A stretch of 63,819 bases of DNA, counting the filler. It is 5 parts of 5 records of this genome, joined end to end, with 100 filler letters (N's around TTAATTAATTAA, not from the genome) between each part and the next. Parts side by side here need not be neighbours in the genome. Positions count along the whole stretch, not along the records: positions 27,959 to 52,671 come from DRR723986_23089; 4 more parts are not named here. One strand, written 5' to 3'. The translations under genes were made by a program, and so were the position numbers. Under the pieces are notes generated by a model. The model saw only the letters and a program-made list of their open reading frames with translations, did no database searches and was not told the DNA's origin. Shown piece by piece: positions 38,357-51,601 of this stretch (position 1 is its first letter; each line of letters begins with the position of its first letter).

Positions 38357-38818
38357 TTACGCCGTGGGATCGTGTAATTCTTTTAATATATCACAGGTTT
38401 CATAAATAAGTTGAAATACATCATCAAATCCTTTTGCACCACCATAATATGGGTCTGGCACATCTTTTTTGGTAACGGCTTTGTTTGCTTCTAAAAATAA
38501 TTTTACTTTATTAATATCAGAAGAGTTTCGAGCTTTGCTTATTATATCTCTATAATTAGACTGATCCATTGCATATATAAAATCATAGGCATCAAAATCA
38601 TATGCTTCAAACTGTCTAGCTTTCTGATTACTTATATCCAGTCCATTTTTTTTAGCTACTGCAATAGAGCGTGGGTCTGGCTGATTACCTACATGATAAG
38701 CTGCAGTACCAGCAGAGTCTACATAAAACAATTCTTCTGAAAGTTTGGATTGTAAAATACCATGAGCCAATGGTGAACGGCAAATATTACCTAAGCACAC
38801 CATTAAAATAGTAGTCAT
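38357..38818 (-). CDS. Low-molecular-weight protein-tyrosine phosphatase
   Basis: VCLGNICRSP, DSAGT, DVPDPYYG. Confidence 0.95.
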   Translation of the reverse strand: MTTILMVCLGNICRSPLAHGILQSKLSEELFYVDSAGTAAYHVGNQPDPRSIAVAKKNGLDISNQKARQFEAYDFDAYDFIYAMDQSNYRDIISKARNSSDINKVKLFLEANKAVTKKDVPDPYYGGAKGFDDVFQLIYETCDILKELHDPTA

Positions 38819-38833
38819 AACCGTTTGTAATAT

Positions 38834-40261
38834 TTAAAGCGAAAGCTTTTTAGAAAGATCTTCAACATATTTTCTAAACTGCTTATCTGTTGAAGATAAA
38901 TTGTCTACCGTTTTACACGCGTGTAAAACCGTTGCATGGTCTCTTTGTCCAATTTGTGAGCCTATACTAGCTAAAGATGCTTTAGTGTATTTTTTTGCAA
39001 AAAACATAGCCAGCTGTCTTGCTTGAACAATATGACGTTTACGTGTTTTGGATTGTAAAGTGTTTACATCCATTTGAAAATAATCTGATACTACCTTTTG
39101 AATGTAATCTATTGATACTTCGCGTTTAGTGTTCTTAACAAACTTCTCTACGATGTCTTTAGCAAGATTGATGGTAATTTCTTTTTTGTTAAAGGATGAT
39201 TGTGCTATTAATGAAATAATTGCACCTTCAAGTTCCCTCACATTAGTTTTAATATGTTTTGCAACATACTCAACAATTTCTTCTGGCATTCCAACACCAT
39301 CTCTGTAGAGCTTATTTTTTAAGATAGATACTCTGGTCTCAAAATCTGGAGTTTGTAATTCAGCTGAAAGTCCCCATTTAAAACGAGATAACAAGCGCTG
39401 CTCAATATCTTGCATATCAACTGGTGCTTTGTCACTAGTTAAAATGACTTGCTTTCCGTTTTGATGTAAATGGTTGAAAATATGGAAGAATACATCTTGC
39501 GTACCTGTTTTACCAGACAAGAATTGTACATCATCTATAATTAATACATCAATAATCTGATAAAAATGAATAAAATCATTTCTGTTATTCTTCTTTACAG
39601 AATCTATATATTGTTGTGTAAATTTCTCTGCAGAAATGTATAAAACTGTTTTTTCAGGATACTTGTCTTTAATATCTACACCAATAGCATGCGCTAAATG
39701 TGTTTTACCTAAACCAACACCACCAAAGATTAAAAGTGGATTAAAAGACGTGCCACCAGGCTTATTTGCAACTGCAATACCAGCATTTCTAGCCAATCTG
39801 TTAGAATCACCTTCTAAGAAATTCTCAAAAGTATAACTAGGATTTAACTGAGATTCTATTTTTACATTTCTAATTCCTGGAATAACAAAAGGATTCTTTA
39901 ATTCTGGACTCTTATTATTGAAAGGAACATCAACGTCTTGCGATTTTACTGCAGCTCTGTTTGAACTTGGAATTTTCTCGGTAAAAGGTTGTTTGTTGCC
40001 ATAAGTGTTTTCCATTTTTATGACATAAACCAATTTGGCATCCTCACCAAGTTCTTTAGTTAAAGAAACTTTTAGAATTTTTACATAGTGCTCTTCTAGC
40101 CACTCATAGAAAAATTTACTAGGAACTTGAATGCTTAATGCATTACCAGAAAGTTTAACAGCTTGTATGGGTTCAAACCAAGTTTTATAGGCTTGTGGTT
40201 GAATATTATCTTTTATAAAGGCGAGACAATTACTCCATACAGATTGCGCTGTGATCTCCAT
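38834..40261 (-). CDS. dnaA: Chromosomal replication initiator DnaA
   Basis: GGVGLGKTHL, IDDVQF, NVRELEG, RDHATVLHA. Confidence 0.98.
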   Translation of the reverse strand: MEITAQSVWSNCLAFIKDNIQPQAYKTWFEPIQAVKLSGNALSIQVPSKFFYEWLEEHYVKILKVSLTKELGEDAKLVYVIKMENTYGNKQPFTEKIPSSNRAAVKSQDVDVPFNNKSPELKNPFVIPGIRNVKIESQLNPSYTFENFLEGDSNRLARNAGIAVANKPGGTSFNPLLIFGGVGLGKTHLAHAIGVDIKDKYPEKTVLYISAEKFTQQYIDSVKKNNRNDFIHFYQIIDVLIIDDVQFLSGKTGTQDVFFHIFNHLHQNGKQVILTSDKAPVDMQDIEQRLLSRFKWGLSAELQTPDFETRVSILKNKLYRDGVGMPEEIVEYVAKHIKTNVRELEGAIISLIAQSSFNKKEITINLAKDIVEKFVKNTKREVSIDYIQKVVSDYFQMDVNTLQSKTRKRHIVQARQLAMFFAKKYTKASLASIGSQIGQRDHATVLHACKTVDNLSSTDKQFRKYVEDLSKKLSL

Positions 40262-40459
40262 TTGTTAAACGTAATTATTAGTTGTTAGTTAGATTAGCAA
40301 AAAAAAAGAGAATTAATATCCTCTATTTGATTTCTACATGACAAATATGTGAACAAAATTCTTAAAAAAAAAATCAATTAAGATTGAATATTTAGAAATT
40401 TTTTCTCATGTTTAAAAATGTTGGAAATTACAAAATATTTCCTAGACAAATGCATATAA

Positions 40460-40858
40460 ATGAATTATAATGAAACTAAAATTCGCGTTCGATATGGCGA
40501 GACAGACCAGATGGGCGTTGTATACCATGCAAATTATGCTGTGTATTTTGAAGTAGGTAGAACAGAGTGGTTGCGCGAGTTTGGTCTTAGTTACAGTGCA
40601 ATGGAAGAGGAAGGTGTAATGTTACCGGTAGTTTCATTAAGTATAAATTACAAAAATTCAGCACGTTATGATGATGTTATTAAAGTAAAAACTACACTAA
40701 AAAAACCACCTACAGCATCTATAGAATTTGATTATGAATTACGAAAAGATACAGGTGAATTATTAGCAACGGGTAATACAATTCTGGCATTTATTGATAA
40801 AAAACGAAACAGACCGATGCGTTGCCCAAAATATCTTTTAGATAAACTGCAAAATTAA
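40460..40858 (+). CDS. YbgC/4HBT-family acyl-CoA thioesterase
   Basis: RVRYGETDQMGVVYHANY. Confidence 0.92.
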   Translation: MNYNETKIRVRYGETDQMGVVYHANYAVYFEVGRTEWLREFGLSYSAMEEEGVMLPVVSLSINYKNSARYDDVIKVKTTLKKPPTASIEFDYELRKDTGELLATGNTILAFIDKKRNRPMRCPKYLLDKLQN

Positions 40859-40861
40859 TCG

Positions 40862-41470
40862 TTAAAATTCACAGACTTCAACACCAAAAAAGGCATCAAA
40901 GAGATCAAAAACTTTAGAACTGTCTCTTTTTCTGACAGAAATTTCTAACAAGCAATTGAGCTCTAACGTTTGTTTTATTATTCCAACCTTATTTTCTTTT
41001 AATATGCGCATCACTTTGCTCATATTTTTATACTCAAATTTGAGTTGAAATATTTTATTTATTGTTCTTTCTACTATCTCGGCATTGTGAAGTGCATTTT
41101 GCGCTCCTATTCTATAGGCATTAATTAGGCCTCCAACTCCAAGTTTTACACCGCCATAATACCTTATAACCACTACTAATACATTTGTAACATCAAATGC
41201 TTGTATTTGACCGTAAATAGGCATGCCTGCGGAATTGCTTGGTTCACCATCATCATTTGCTCTATATTTTTTCTTTTCAGTCCCTAACTGATAGGCATAG
41301 CACCAATGACGAGCAGAGTAGTGTAGTTTTTTTAATTCGTCTAGATGTGTTTTAACTTCATTTTCATTAATTACCGGATATGCATATCCATAGAACTTAC
41401 TATTCTTGTCTTTAAATATATCGCCTTCTGAAACTTTAAGTATTGTTCTGTATGTGTCTTTATTTTCCAT
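40862..41470 (-). CDS. yigZ: YigZ/IMPACT family protein
   Basis: KNSKF, ARHWCYAY, DDGEPSNSAG, RYYGGVKLGVGGL; start ATG 41470. Confidence 0.92.
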   Translation of the reverse strand: MENKDTYRTILKVSEGDIFKDKNSKFYGYAYPVINENEVKTHLDELKKLHYSARHWCYAYQLGTEKKKYRANDDGEPSNSAGMPIYGQIQAFDVTNVLVVVIRYYGGVKLGVGGLINAYRIGAQNALHNAEIVERTINKIFQLKFEYKNMSKVMRILKENKVGIIKQTLELNCLLEISVRKRDSSKVFDLFDAFFGVEVCEF

Positions 41471-42321
41471 TATACTGCAGTAAAAATTAGTATTGAGATA
41501 ATAGCAAAACCAATTCCTAACCAATTTTTATTAGAAATGGTTTCTTTAAACATCATTAGCCCAACTAAAGTGGATAATGCTACTATGGCAACATTATTAA
41601 TTGTAAAAAGTGTTGAGCTCTCAAACCCATCCACTCTTAGTGCTTTTAAAAGAAAAAAAATAGATGCGTAATTAACTAAACCTAATGTCACTCCTAAAGG
41701 AATACTTTTTAGCTTAAATTTTGATTTAAGTTTTCGGGAATTATAGAAAAGAACGGTAAGTCCAATTAGAAAAGCGATACCAAATATCGTAGCTGAAAAT
41801 AATGGTATCTTATCTTTTGGTGCAAAATAATTCACTGATGTATCGATGATTCCTGAACCTAGAAATAATAAAATTGGTAGATATAAGGATTGAGTTAACT
41901 TAACATCTGAGTTTGGTTTTATTGATGTTAAGTAAACAGCTACTAAAGCTAAAAGTATACCAATTATCTTTTGGAGTCCAAGACTTTCATTTAGAACATA
42001 AACACCAAAAATAATTGGGATTACCACACTCATTTTACTAGCTACTGATGCTACAGAAAGTCCATTCTTTTGAGCAGTTAAGGCCATAACATTAAAAATG
42101 GCTATAAATAAGAATCCTAATGCCACTGCACCAACAAACCAGTCAGCTTTAATAATTTCCGCAGAACTAATACTGGCATTATTATGAAATAAACCACAAA
42201 TACAAGCTGTAATATAATTTACCACAATAGCTTGAAGCGTATTTATATTGTATTTGTTAAATAGCTTAAATAACACAAAAATGCCTGTCGAGGATAATAT
42301 GCTAAGTGCTAAGTAGATCAA
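41470..42321 (-). CDS. DMT/EamA family transporter
   Basis: About ten TM helices in two repeats. Confidence 0.85.
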   Translation of the reverse strand: MIYLALSILSSTGIFVLFKLFNKYNINTLQAIVVNYITACICGLFHNNASISSAEIIKADWFVGAVALGFLFIAIFNVMALTAQKNGLSVASVASKMSVVIPIIFGVYVLNESLGLQKIIGILLALVAVYLTSIKPNSDVKLTQSLYLPILLFLGSGIIDTSVNYFAPKDKIPLFSATIFGIAFLIGLTVLFYNSRKLKSKFKLKSIPLGVTLGLVNYASIFFLLKALRVDGFESSTLFTINNVAIVALSTLVGLMMFKETISNKNWLGIGFAIISILIFTAV

Positions 42322-42929
42322 AAGAGTTCTTTTTTAATTTTGAAGATTTGAGTAATGTCTTCGGTTTTTTCATTAATATTCCATACGTTAAATCCTAAAG
42401 ATTTAGCCATATCTGTATTTTCTTTAGTATCATCTATAAATAAACAATTTTCGGCATTTAAATCATGTTCTTTTAAAACATGGTTAAAAATATCTACATT
42501 AGGTTTTCTCAGATGAATTTCGTGTGATAAATAGAATGAATCAAAACAATTTTTAAAATCATTTAAAAAAGGAGTTGTCTCTTTAATAGAATCAATATGT
42601 AAAGCATTTGTATTGCTTAGCAATATTAGTTTATAAGTCTTAGACTCCTTAAGTTGTTGAATAAATTCTAATCTATGAATAGGAAAATCTTTAATAATAA
42701 AATTCCAGGCATTAATTATTTGCTGCTCATTTAGATTAGGGAACTTATTTGAGTAAAAATTGATAAACGCTTTGGTTGATATTCTACCAATTTCATACTG
42801 AATATTTGTATATATCATATCCTCTTCAAAAGCATCTAGATTAAACAGGTTTAGTGCATTTTGCATCGCACCTTCTTTATCAAGATTTATAAATACATCA
42901 CCAAAATCGAAAATAAGTGTATTAATCAC
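42318..42929 (-). CDS. HAD-family phosphatase (YihX-like)
   Basis: IFDFGDV, LLSNTN, RKP, FIDD. Confidence 0.9.
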   Translation of the reverse strand: MINTLIFDFGDVFINLDKEGAMQNALNLFNLDAFEEDMIYTNIQYEIGRISTKAFINFYSNKFPNLNEQQIINAWNFIIKDFPIHRLEFIQQLKESKTYKLILLSNTNALHIDSIKETTPFLNDFKNCFDSFYLSHEIHLRKPNVDIFNHVLKEHDLNAENCLFIDDTKENTDMAKSLGFNVWNINEKTEDITQIFKIKKELF

Positions 42930-44019
42930 GCCTATAAATTTTAAGAGTATCGTTAATTATTTTAGTTTGAGAAACCAGTTTTCCTTTAAAGTACGGTGCT
43001 TTTACGCCTTCATTAAAATTACAATCACCTGTGAAAACTCTAGCTTCGTCCCATAGGTTTTCATCTATAAACGTTTGAAGTGTTTTTGCTCCTCCTTCAA
43101 TAATTATGGAGTTAATTCCTAATCTTATTAAACTTTCACAAATTTGTTTTGCGATATGTATTGATTTTACCCATTCGATTTTAATGTAAGTAGCACTTAT
43201 TCCTCTGCCGATTGGAGGGTTTATTGACCATCCTTTTTGGTTTTCGTCTATTTCAGGAAAAATATCATTATTATCACTGATAATTATGGTGTCACTTTCT
43301 TCTCTAAATACACTTAAAGAGGCACCTAATTTCAACCGTCTATCCAAAACCACACGAATCGGGTTTTTGCCTGTCCAATCTCTTACTGTTAAACTAGGAT
43401 TATCCTCTAAGACCGTATTAGTTCCAACTAATATGGCTTGTTCTTCTGCTCTCCATTTATGCACTAATTGTCGCGAATACTGGTTAGTAATCCATACTGG
43501 TTCTTGCTTGTCTTTTGTTTTAGGCGCAATGAAACCATCGTTCGTTTCTGCCCATTTTAAGATAATGTACGGTTGTTTTTTATTATGAAAGGTAAAAAAA
43601 CGCTTATGATGCGCTTTACATTCTTTCTCTAATACTCCAACATTAACTTTGCATCCTGCAGCTTTTAGCCTTTCAATACCTTTTCCGGCCACTTCAGGAT
43701 TATCATCAATACAACCTATTATAATTTCTGGGATTTTACACTCAACGATTAAATCACTACATGGAGGTGTTTTGCCATAATGGCTGCAAGGTTCCAGCGT
43801 TACATATAAGGTGCTTTTAGATAGTAAGCTTTTATCTTTAACTGAATTTATCGCATTAACCTCAGCATGTGGTCCGCCATAAGGACTGGTAAAACCTTCT
43901 CCAATAATAGTGTTATTATAGACTAGTATGGCGCCGACCATTGGGTTAGGTCGTGTTGTGCCTAACCCGTTTTTTGCTAATTGCAAACACCGTTTTATGT
44001 AAGTCTCGTGGACGCTCAA
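42922..44019 (-). CDS. ribD: Riboflavin biosynthesis deaminase/reductase RibD
   Basis: PNPMVG, HAE, TLEPCSHYGKTPPC, IEGG. Confidence 0.96.
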   Translation of the reverse strand: MSVHETYIKRCLQLAKNGLGTTRPNPMVGAILVYNNTIIGEGFTSPYGGPHAEVNAINSVKDKSLLSKSTLYVTLEPCSHYGKTPPCSDLIVECKIPEIIIGCIDDNPEVAGKGIERLKAAGCKVNVGVLEKECKAHHKRFFTFHNKKQPYIILKWAETNDGFIAPKTKDKQEPVWITNQYSRQLVHKWRAEEQAILVGTNTVLEDNPSLTVRDWTGKNPIRVVLDRRLKLGASLSVFREESDTIIISDNNDIFPEIDENQKGWSINPPIGRGISATYIKIEWVKSIHIAKQICESLIRLGINSIIIEGGAKTLQTFIDENLWDEARVFTGDCNFNEGVKAPYFKGKLVSQTKIINDTLKIYRRD

Positions 44020-44478
44020 TTACAGTTTAATTTTAATTTTTTGTAATTCATCAACTGAGTAAGATGAAGAATAACCTAAGACTTTATAATTTATCTCGCC
44101 TTTGTAACGCACTTCTAATTGTTGTGATAATAAACTGCCTAATAGTCCACCCAAACTTTTTTTATCAATTAGACTATCAGTAGCTACTGAAACTACTAGT
44201 GGAATTGTAAAGTTTTGTTTAGAAGGGACGTCAAATTCATCTGAAACAATTTTTGCAACTTCAGTATTATTGATATATACTTTTAGATCGTCAGTTTTCA
44301 GTTTACCACCGACATCATTTGGGTTTTTAAACATCGCGTCTGCACTCAGGGTGATAGACTTTAGATTGGAGTTGATAACCTTTATTTTGTCAAGTCCTAT
44401 AAACTCTGGTTTTTCTGTTACAGTACAGTTGAAAACTAATGTAAAAAATAGTGAAATGATTAAATTTCTTTTAAGCAT
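44020..44478 (-). CDS. LEA type 2 / WHy domain lipoprotein
   Basis: Lipobox-like VFNC, NPN motif, beta-rich. Confidence 0.7.
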   Translation of the reverse strand: MLKRNLIISLFFTLVFNCTVTEKPEFIGLDKIKVINSNLKSITLSADAMFKNPNDVGGKLKTDDLKVYINNTEVAKIVSDEFDVPSKQNFTIPLVVSVATDSLIDKKSLGGLLGSLLSQQLEVRYKGEINYKVLGYSSSYSVDELQKIKIKL

Positions 44479-44539
44479 AAAATAAGAATTATAGCTATCT
44501 TCATACCGAAAATTTTACAGTATAAAAATTAATAATTAA

Positions 44540-45031
44540 GTGCGTAAAGATACTATTGTTATTCGAGAAATAGAATTTGAAGACAATCCTAAAATTGCTA
44601 AAGCTATACGCTCTGTGTTAATTGAAATGGGAGTGCCTAAAGTGGGTACAGCTTATGAAGACAAATCATTAGATTGCATGACAGAAACCTATGACCAAAC
44701 ACAGAGTGCTTACTTTGTAGTTGCGGATGGTGACGAGATTATTGGTGGTGCTGGTATAGCACCATTAGAAAACTATGAAGGTAATGTATGCGAATTGCAG
44801 AAAATGTATTTTATGCCTGAAGCAAGGGGAAAAGGGCTTGGCAGTAAAATGATGACTAAATGCTTAGAATTTGCAAAAGAATCGGGATTTTATCAGTGTT
44901 ACTTAGAAACCATGCCTTATATGGATGATGCCAGAAAATTATATAGAAAAGTTGGTTTTAAAAGTATAGATAAACCAATGGGAGATACAGGTCATTATTC
45001 ATGTTCTGTTTGGATGCTTAAAGATTTATAG
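44540..45031 (+). CDS. GNAT acetyltransferase
   Basis: ELQKMYF..EARGKGLG, YLET, LYRKVGF. Confidence 0.9.
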   Translation: MRKDTIVIREIEFEDNPKIAKAIRSVLIEMGVPKVGTAYEDKSLDCMTETYDQTQSAYFVVADGDEIIGGAGIAPLENYEGNVCELQKMYFMPEARGKGLGSKMMTKCLEFAKESGFYQCYLETMPYMDDARKLYRKVGFKSIDKPMGDTGHYSCSVWMLKDL

Positions 45032-45033
45032 TA

Positions 45034-45903
45034 TTGAAAGCACTAGATTTAAAATCTATTTTCCAGAAAGAACTCGTTACCATTTATGGTAAGAACGAAG
45101 TTGATAGTTTCTTTTTTATGTGTATGGAACATTATTTAAATGTTCCCAGATTTCAATTGTCATTAGAACCAGAATTTACACTTACCAAATCAGAAACGGA
45201 AACCTTCTTTAATGTTCTTAATGACTTAAAAAAACAAAAACCGATACAATATATTATAGGTGAAACTGAGTTTTATGGCCTAACGTTTAAGGTTAATAAA
45301 GACGTATTGATACCAAGACCCGAAACTGAAGAATTAGTTGATTGGATTATCAGAGACCATTCGTCTAGAAAAAACAAGGTATTACATGTATTAGATATTG
45401 GAACGGGAAGCGGCTGTATTGCTATTAGCTTAGCTAAAAACATACCCAATACTAAAGTTTTTGCAGTAGATATTTCTAAAGGAGCTTTAAAAATTGCTCA
45501 AGCTAATGCAGAATTACATGATGTAAATATCCAATACATTGAAGCTAATATTTTAAATAGAAACTGTTGGGTAAATAAATTTCAAAATTTAAAGTTTGAT
45601 ATTATTGTTTCAAACCCTCCTTATGTAAGAGAACTAGAGAAATTAGAAATAAAGCCTAACGTTTTAGATAATGAACCACATACCGCACTTTTTGTGAAAG
45701 ATGAAAATCCACTGATTTTTTATAAAGTTATTACAGATTTTGCGATGCAATACTTAATTAATGATGGTCATTTATATTTCGAAATTAACCAGTATCTTGG
45801 TGATGAAACCAAACAATTATTAATTGACTCTGATTTTATGAATATTGAGCTTTTAGAAGATCTTAATTCAAATAACAGAATGCTAAAGGGTGTAAAAAAA
45901 TAA
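45034..45903 (+). CDS. prmC: Release factor glutamine methyltransferase
   Basis: LIPRPETEELV, DIGTGSGCI, SNPPY. Confidence 0.96.
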   Translation: MKALDLKSIFQKELVTIYGKNEVDSFFFMCMEHYLNVPRFQLSLEPEFTLTKSETETFFNVLNDLKKQKPIQYIIGETEFYGLTFKVNKDVLIPRPETEELVDWIIRDHSSRKNKVLHVLDIGTGSGCIAISLAKNIPNTKVFAVDISKGALKIAQANAELHDVNIQYIEANILNRNCWVNKFQNLKFDIIVSNPPYVRELEKLEIKPNVLDNEPHTALFVKDENPLIFYKVITDFAMQYLINDGHLYFEINQYLGDETKQLLIDSDFMNIELLEDLNSNNRMLKGVKK

Positions 45904-45905
45904 GT

Positions 45906-48483
<2,578 letters not shown>

Positions 48484-48582
48484 ATTCTTACAATAAAACG
48501 TGCATTTCATCGATTAAATGCATTTTTTTATCGTTAAATTGTAATAATTTATATATTTGGAGCATTAATAAAGGATTAATTA

Positions 48583-49320
48583 ATGTTGACAAATAAAATA
48601 ATAAAAGTACTATTACTACTTTTGGGTGGTTGTTATATACTTCTCCAAGGATTTGGTCTAGAACTAGAAAGTTCTGTCCTTAGTACTGTAATGATACTAA
48701 CAGTAATTGTTTTGTATAACAGAACAGTTGATGATACTAACAAATACTTTTTCTATTTCTTAGTTGCTTTTGCAATGGCAGAAGTTATTAATCTGTTTGC
48801 ATTTTATGGACCAATAATAGGTGCTAATGAAATGGATTACTATTACTATTTTGGTAATTTTCTCTACATATCGTCGTATATTTTCTTAATCATTAGGATT
48901 GTTAAAGATTTAGATATAAAAATTATTTTCACCCAATTCTTTGTACCAATATTTGTATTGGTAGTATTAGATGTTTTTTGTGTTTCAATTATTACGGCAA
49001 CTACTGAGGCTGCACTTTCTTTTTACGAGTATACTTTAGAGTATGTATATAATGGTGTGATTATGTTCTTATTGTCTGCTGCACTTATTAAATACATGTA
49101 TAGAAACGATAATAAATCTATGTTGTTACTAATTGGTTCTATTTGTATAGTTTTCTCAGAAATTATCCAACTAGCCTATTATTATATACTTGAAGAAAGT
49201 GATTTAAGATTTATTTATTCTTTCTTTTTGGTTATTGCATTCTTATTTTATTACTTACAATCACTACTTAAATTTGAGGGTCCTGTGCCGGCATATACCG
49301 AACAGCAATTTGAGGTATAA
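48583..49320 (+). CDS. Hypothetical polytopic membrane protein
   Basis: About eight hydrophobic segments; own TAnnTTTG promoter. Confidence 0.7.
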   Translation: MLTNKIIKVLLLLLGGCYILLQGFGLELESSVLSTVMILTVIVLYNRTVDDTNKYFFYFLVAFAMAEVINLFAFYGPIIGANEMDYYYYFGNFLYISSYIFLIIRIVKDLDIKIIFTQFFVPIFVLVVLDVFCVSIITATTEAALSFYEYTLEYVYNGVIMFLLSAALIKYMYRNDNKSMLLLIGSICIVFSEIIQLAYYYILEESDLRFIYSFFLVIAFLFYYLQSLLKFEGPVPAYTEQQFEV

Positions 49321-49333
49321 ATAATGTAGATCA

Positions 49334-50248
49334 TTATACTATTATTGTAGCTCCTTCACCCTTTGTTGGTTGACCAGATTCAAAGTAAAAATCCACCTTG
49401 CCAAGGTATAAACCATATGCGCCAACTTGGTTAACGAGTACATTTTTACCTTCAATATTTTTTTCAACGGTTGGTTTAGGTAGGAACGTATGAGTGTGTC
49501 CTCCAATAATTAAATCTATATTTTTTGTAGCTCTGGCTAAGTTTAGATCGCAAACTCTATTTGGATTTTTTTTGTAATAATAACCAATATGAGATAGACA
49601 AATTATAAGGTGACAATTATGTTCCTCCTTTAAAATACGAGACATGTCCTGCGCCACCTCAATAGGATTGTGGTAAACCGTTTCTTTGTACATTTTTTTA
49701 TCAACTAAACCACTAAGCTCTATACCGAGACCAAATACACCGATTTTAACACCATCTTTTATAAAAATTTTATAAGGTTTAACATGTGTGTCCATTATGG
49801 TATTTGAAAAATCATAATTGGCAGATACAAATTCAAAATCAGCATGAGGTAATTGCGCATATAAACCGTCTATACCATTATCAAAATCATGATTTCCAAT
49901 AGTTGCTAAATCGTATTTAAGCATACTCATTAGCTTAAATTCAAGCTCACCACCATAATAATTAAAGTAAGGCGTGCCTTGAAAAATATCACCAGCATCT
50001 AATAACAGCGTGTTAGGATTTTCTTTTCTAAAACTATCTACCAAAGTAGCTCTTCTGGCAACCCCACCTTTATTTGCGTTTCTGCCATCATCTGGGCCAA
50101 AAGGATCAATATGGCTATGAACATCATTTGTATGTAGTATTGTTATTTTCTTTGCAGTTGAAGATTTAAAAGACTGTAATCCAATTCCGCCAATACCAGC
50201 TAATGTTACTGCTGCTGTACTTTGTTGTAAAAATTGCCTCCTTTTCAT
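49334..50248 (-). CDS. 5'-nucleotidase catalytic (metallophosphoesterase) subunit, Tat-exported
   Basis: RRQFL; HTNDVH, DAGD, GNHDFD, GGHTH. Confidence 0.92.
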   Translation of the reverse strand: MKRRQFLQQSTAAVTLAGIGGIGLQSFKSSTAKKITILHTNDVHSHIDPFGPDDGRNANKGGVARRATLVDSFRKENPNTLLLDAGDIFQGTPYFNYYGGELEFKLMSMLKYDLATIGNHDFDNGIDGLYAQLPHADFEFVSANYDFSNTIMDTHVKPYKIFIKDGVKIGVFGLGIELSGLVDKKMYKETVYHNPIEVAQDMSRILKEEHNCHLIICLSHIGYYYKKNPNRVCDLNLARATKNIDLIIGGHTHTFLPKPTVEKNIEGKNVLVNQVGAYGLYLGKVDFYFESGQPTKGEGATIIV

Positions 50249-50250
50249 AG

Positions 50251-51012
50251 TTAGTTTTTAATTTGAATAAATCTATTATCAATTTGAGGTTTAATTGTAT
50301 CTGTCTTTTTAAAATAATCAATTAAAACATTTCTAATTTTATAATCTAAAACAAATAAACTGTCATTTGGTTTAAAAAATGTCATTCTATCGCCACCATT
50401 ATATAAATAATCATTTGTTGCAACGTAATAAATTTTCTCTTCATTAATGGTTTCACCATTGATTAGAGCTGATTTAACACTAAAATCTGAATTTAAGATT
50501 AATTGAAGCTGGCTAGAAACAGGATGTGCACGTTTAGCTCTAGACAAATAGCTTATCATCTCATTTATTTGTTTTCCCTTGAGGGCTACAACCACTACAG
50601 AATTTTCAAAAGGCATAACTTCATAAGCTGTCCTGGTAGTAATATCTCCTTTTGGAATAATGGAGCGAATTCCACCGTGATTTAATAAAACAAGATCTAT
50701 TTGTTTATTTGTTCTTTTTTTAAATACCGGATTACTTTCTGAGTATATGGCATCTGCCATAAAGTTTCCGATAGCAGTGTTAAATTCACCATCAGTTTTA
50801 GAATATGTTTCTGGTGCATACGATATAACGCTATCAAGGTTTTTATTTACGTTTTCTCTAAAAGGTGTTACAAAGGATTCAATAGCTTGGTTAGAAGCGA
50901 TACTGTCATTTATTTCAATTCTCTTTCCTTCAATTTTTATTAAGTGAATATCTTGATTACAAGAGTATAAAAGTAGTATATAGCCAAGCCCAAAAAGATG
51001 TTTAATAGTCAT
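50251..51012 (-). CDS. 5'-nucleotidase C-terminal (substrate-binding) domain lipoprotein
   Basis: Lipobox LYSC; NHGGIR, MPFEN, ATNDYL..GGD; start ATG 51012. Confidence 0.88.
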   Translation of the reverse strand: MTIKHLFGLGYILLLYSCNQDIHLIKIEGKRIEINDSIASNQAIESFVTPFRENVNKNLDSVISYAPETYSKTDGEFNTAIGNFMADAIYSESNPVFKKRTNKQIDLVLLNHGGIRSIIPKGDITTRTAYEVMPFENSVVVVALKGKQINEMISYLSRAKRAHPVSSQLQLILNSDFSVKSALINGETINEEKIYYVATNDYLYNGGDRMTFFKPNDSLFVLDYKIRNVLIDYFKKTDTIKPQIDNRFIQIKN

Positions 51013-51082
51013 TGAATAACTTATTAAGAGTTTGTAAAATATGTTAGTGCTTTTGTTAAATTTGCACAAAGTCTAAAGATAA

Positions 51083-51601
51083 ATGATTTTAAAGGCATTT
51101 AAAGAAAAATCAAATCAAAAATATGTCAATAATTTATTGGCAGCAAGGAAGACTGCTGTAAATAGTAATAAGGTAAAAACCATTGCTGTACTTTTAAATG
51201 CTGGTGAATTTGACGATTTTGAAATTTTTAAGGCCTATTTTAAGGAGCTAAATTTAATTTCGCCAAAGCATAAAATTATTGCCTATACAACCGATGATAA
51301 ATTAGAGCATAATCAATGGGACACCTATTATAGTCCTAAAGATTTCGGCTGGAAAGGAAAGATTAATAGCGTGGACTTACAGACATTTTTAGATGAGGAA
51401 TATGATGCTTTAATATGCTATTTTAAAAAGGAGAATTTACATTTAAAATTAATAACGGCATTGTCTAAGGCTAATTTAAAAGTTGGTCTCTCACGCACCG
51501 ATGAAAGGCTTTACGATTTAATCATTGATGTAAACCCTAAAGACATCCAAATATTTAAAAAAGAACTAAAAAAATATTTAAACATTTTAAACAAATTATA
51601 A
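51083..51601 (+). CDS. Conserved Bacteroidetes hypothetical protein upstream of dapA (DUF6913-like)
   Basis: Full ORF coupled to dapA; DFGWKG, YDALI, KVG, YLNILNK. Confidence 0.7.
   Translation: MILKAFKEKSNQKYVNNLLAARKTAVNSNKVKTIAVLLNAGEFDDFEIFKAYFKELNLISPKHKIIAYTTDDKLEHNQWDTYYSPKDFGWKGKINSVDLQTFLDEEYDALICYFKKENLHLKLITALSKANLKVGLSRTDERLYDLIIDVNPKDIQIFKKELKKYLNILNKL

Noticed and set aside
40262..40459. oriC next to dnaA
   Set aside because: Only one degenerate DnaA box and A-tracts are present. There is no box cluster and no dnaN, so an origin is not supportable.
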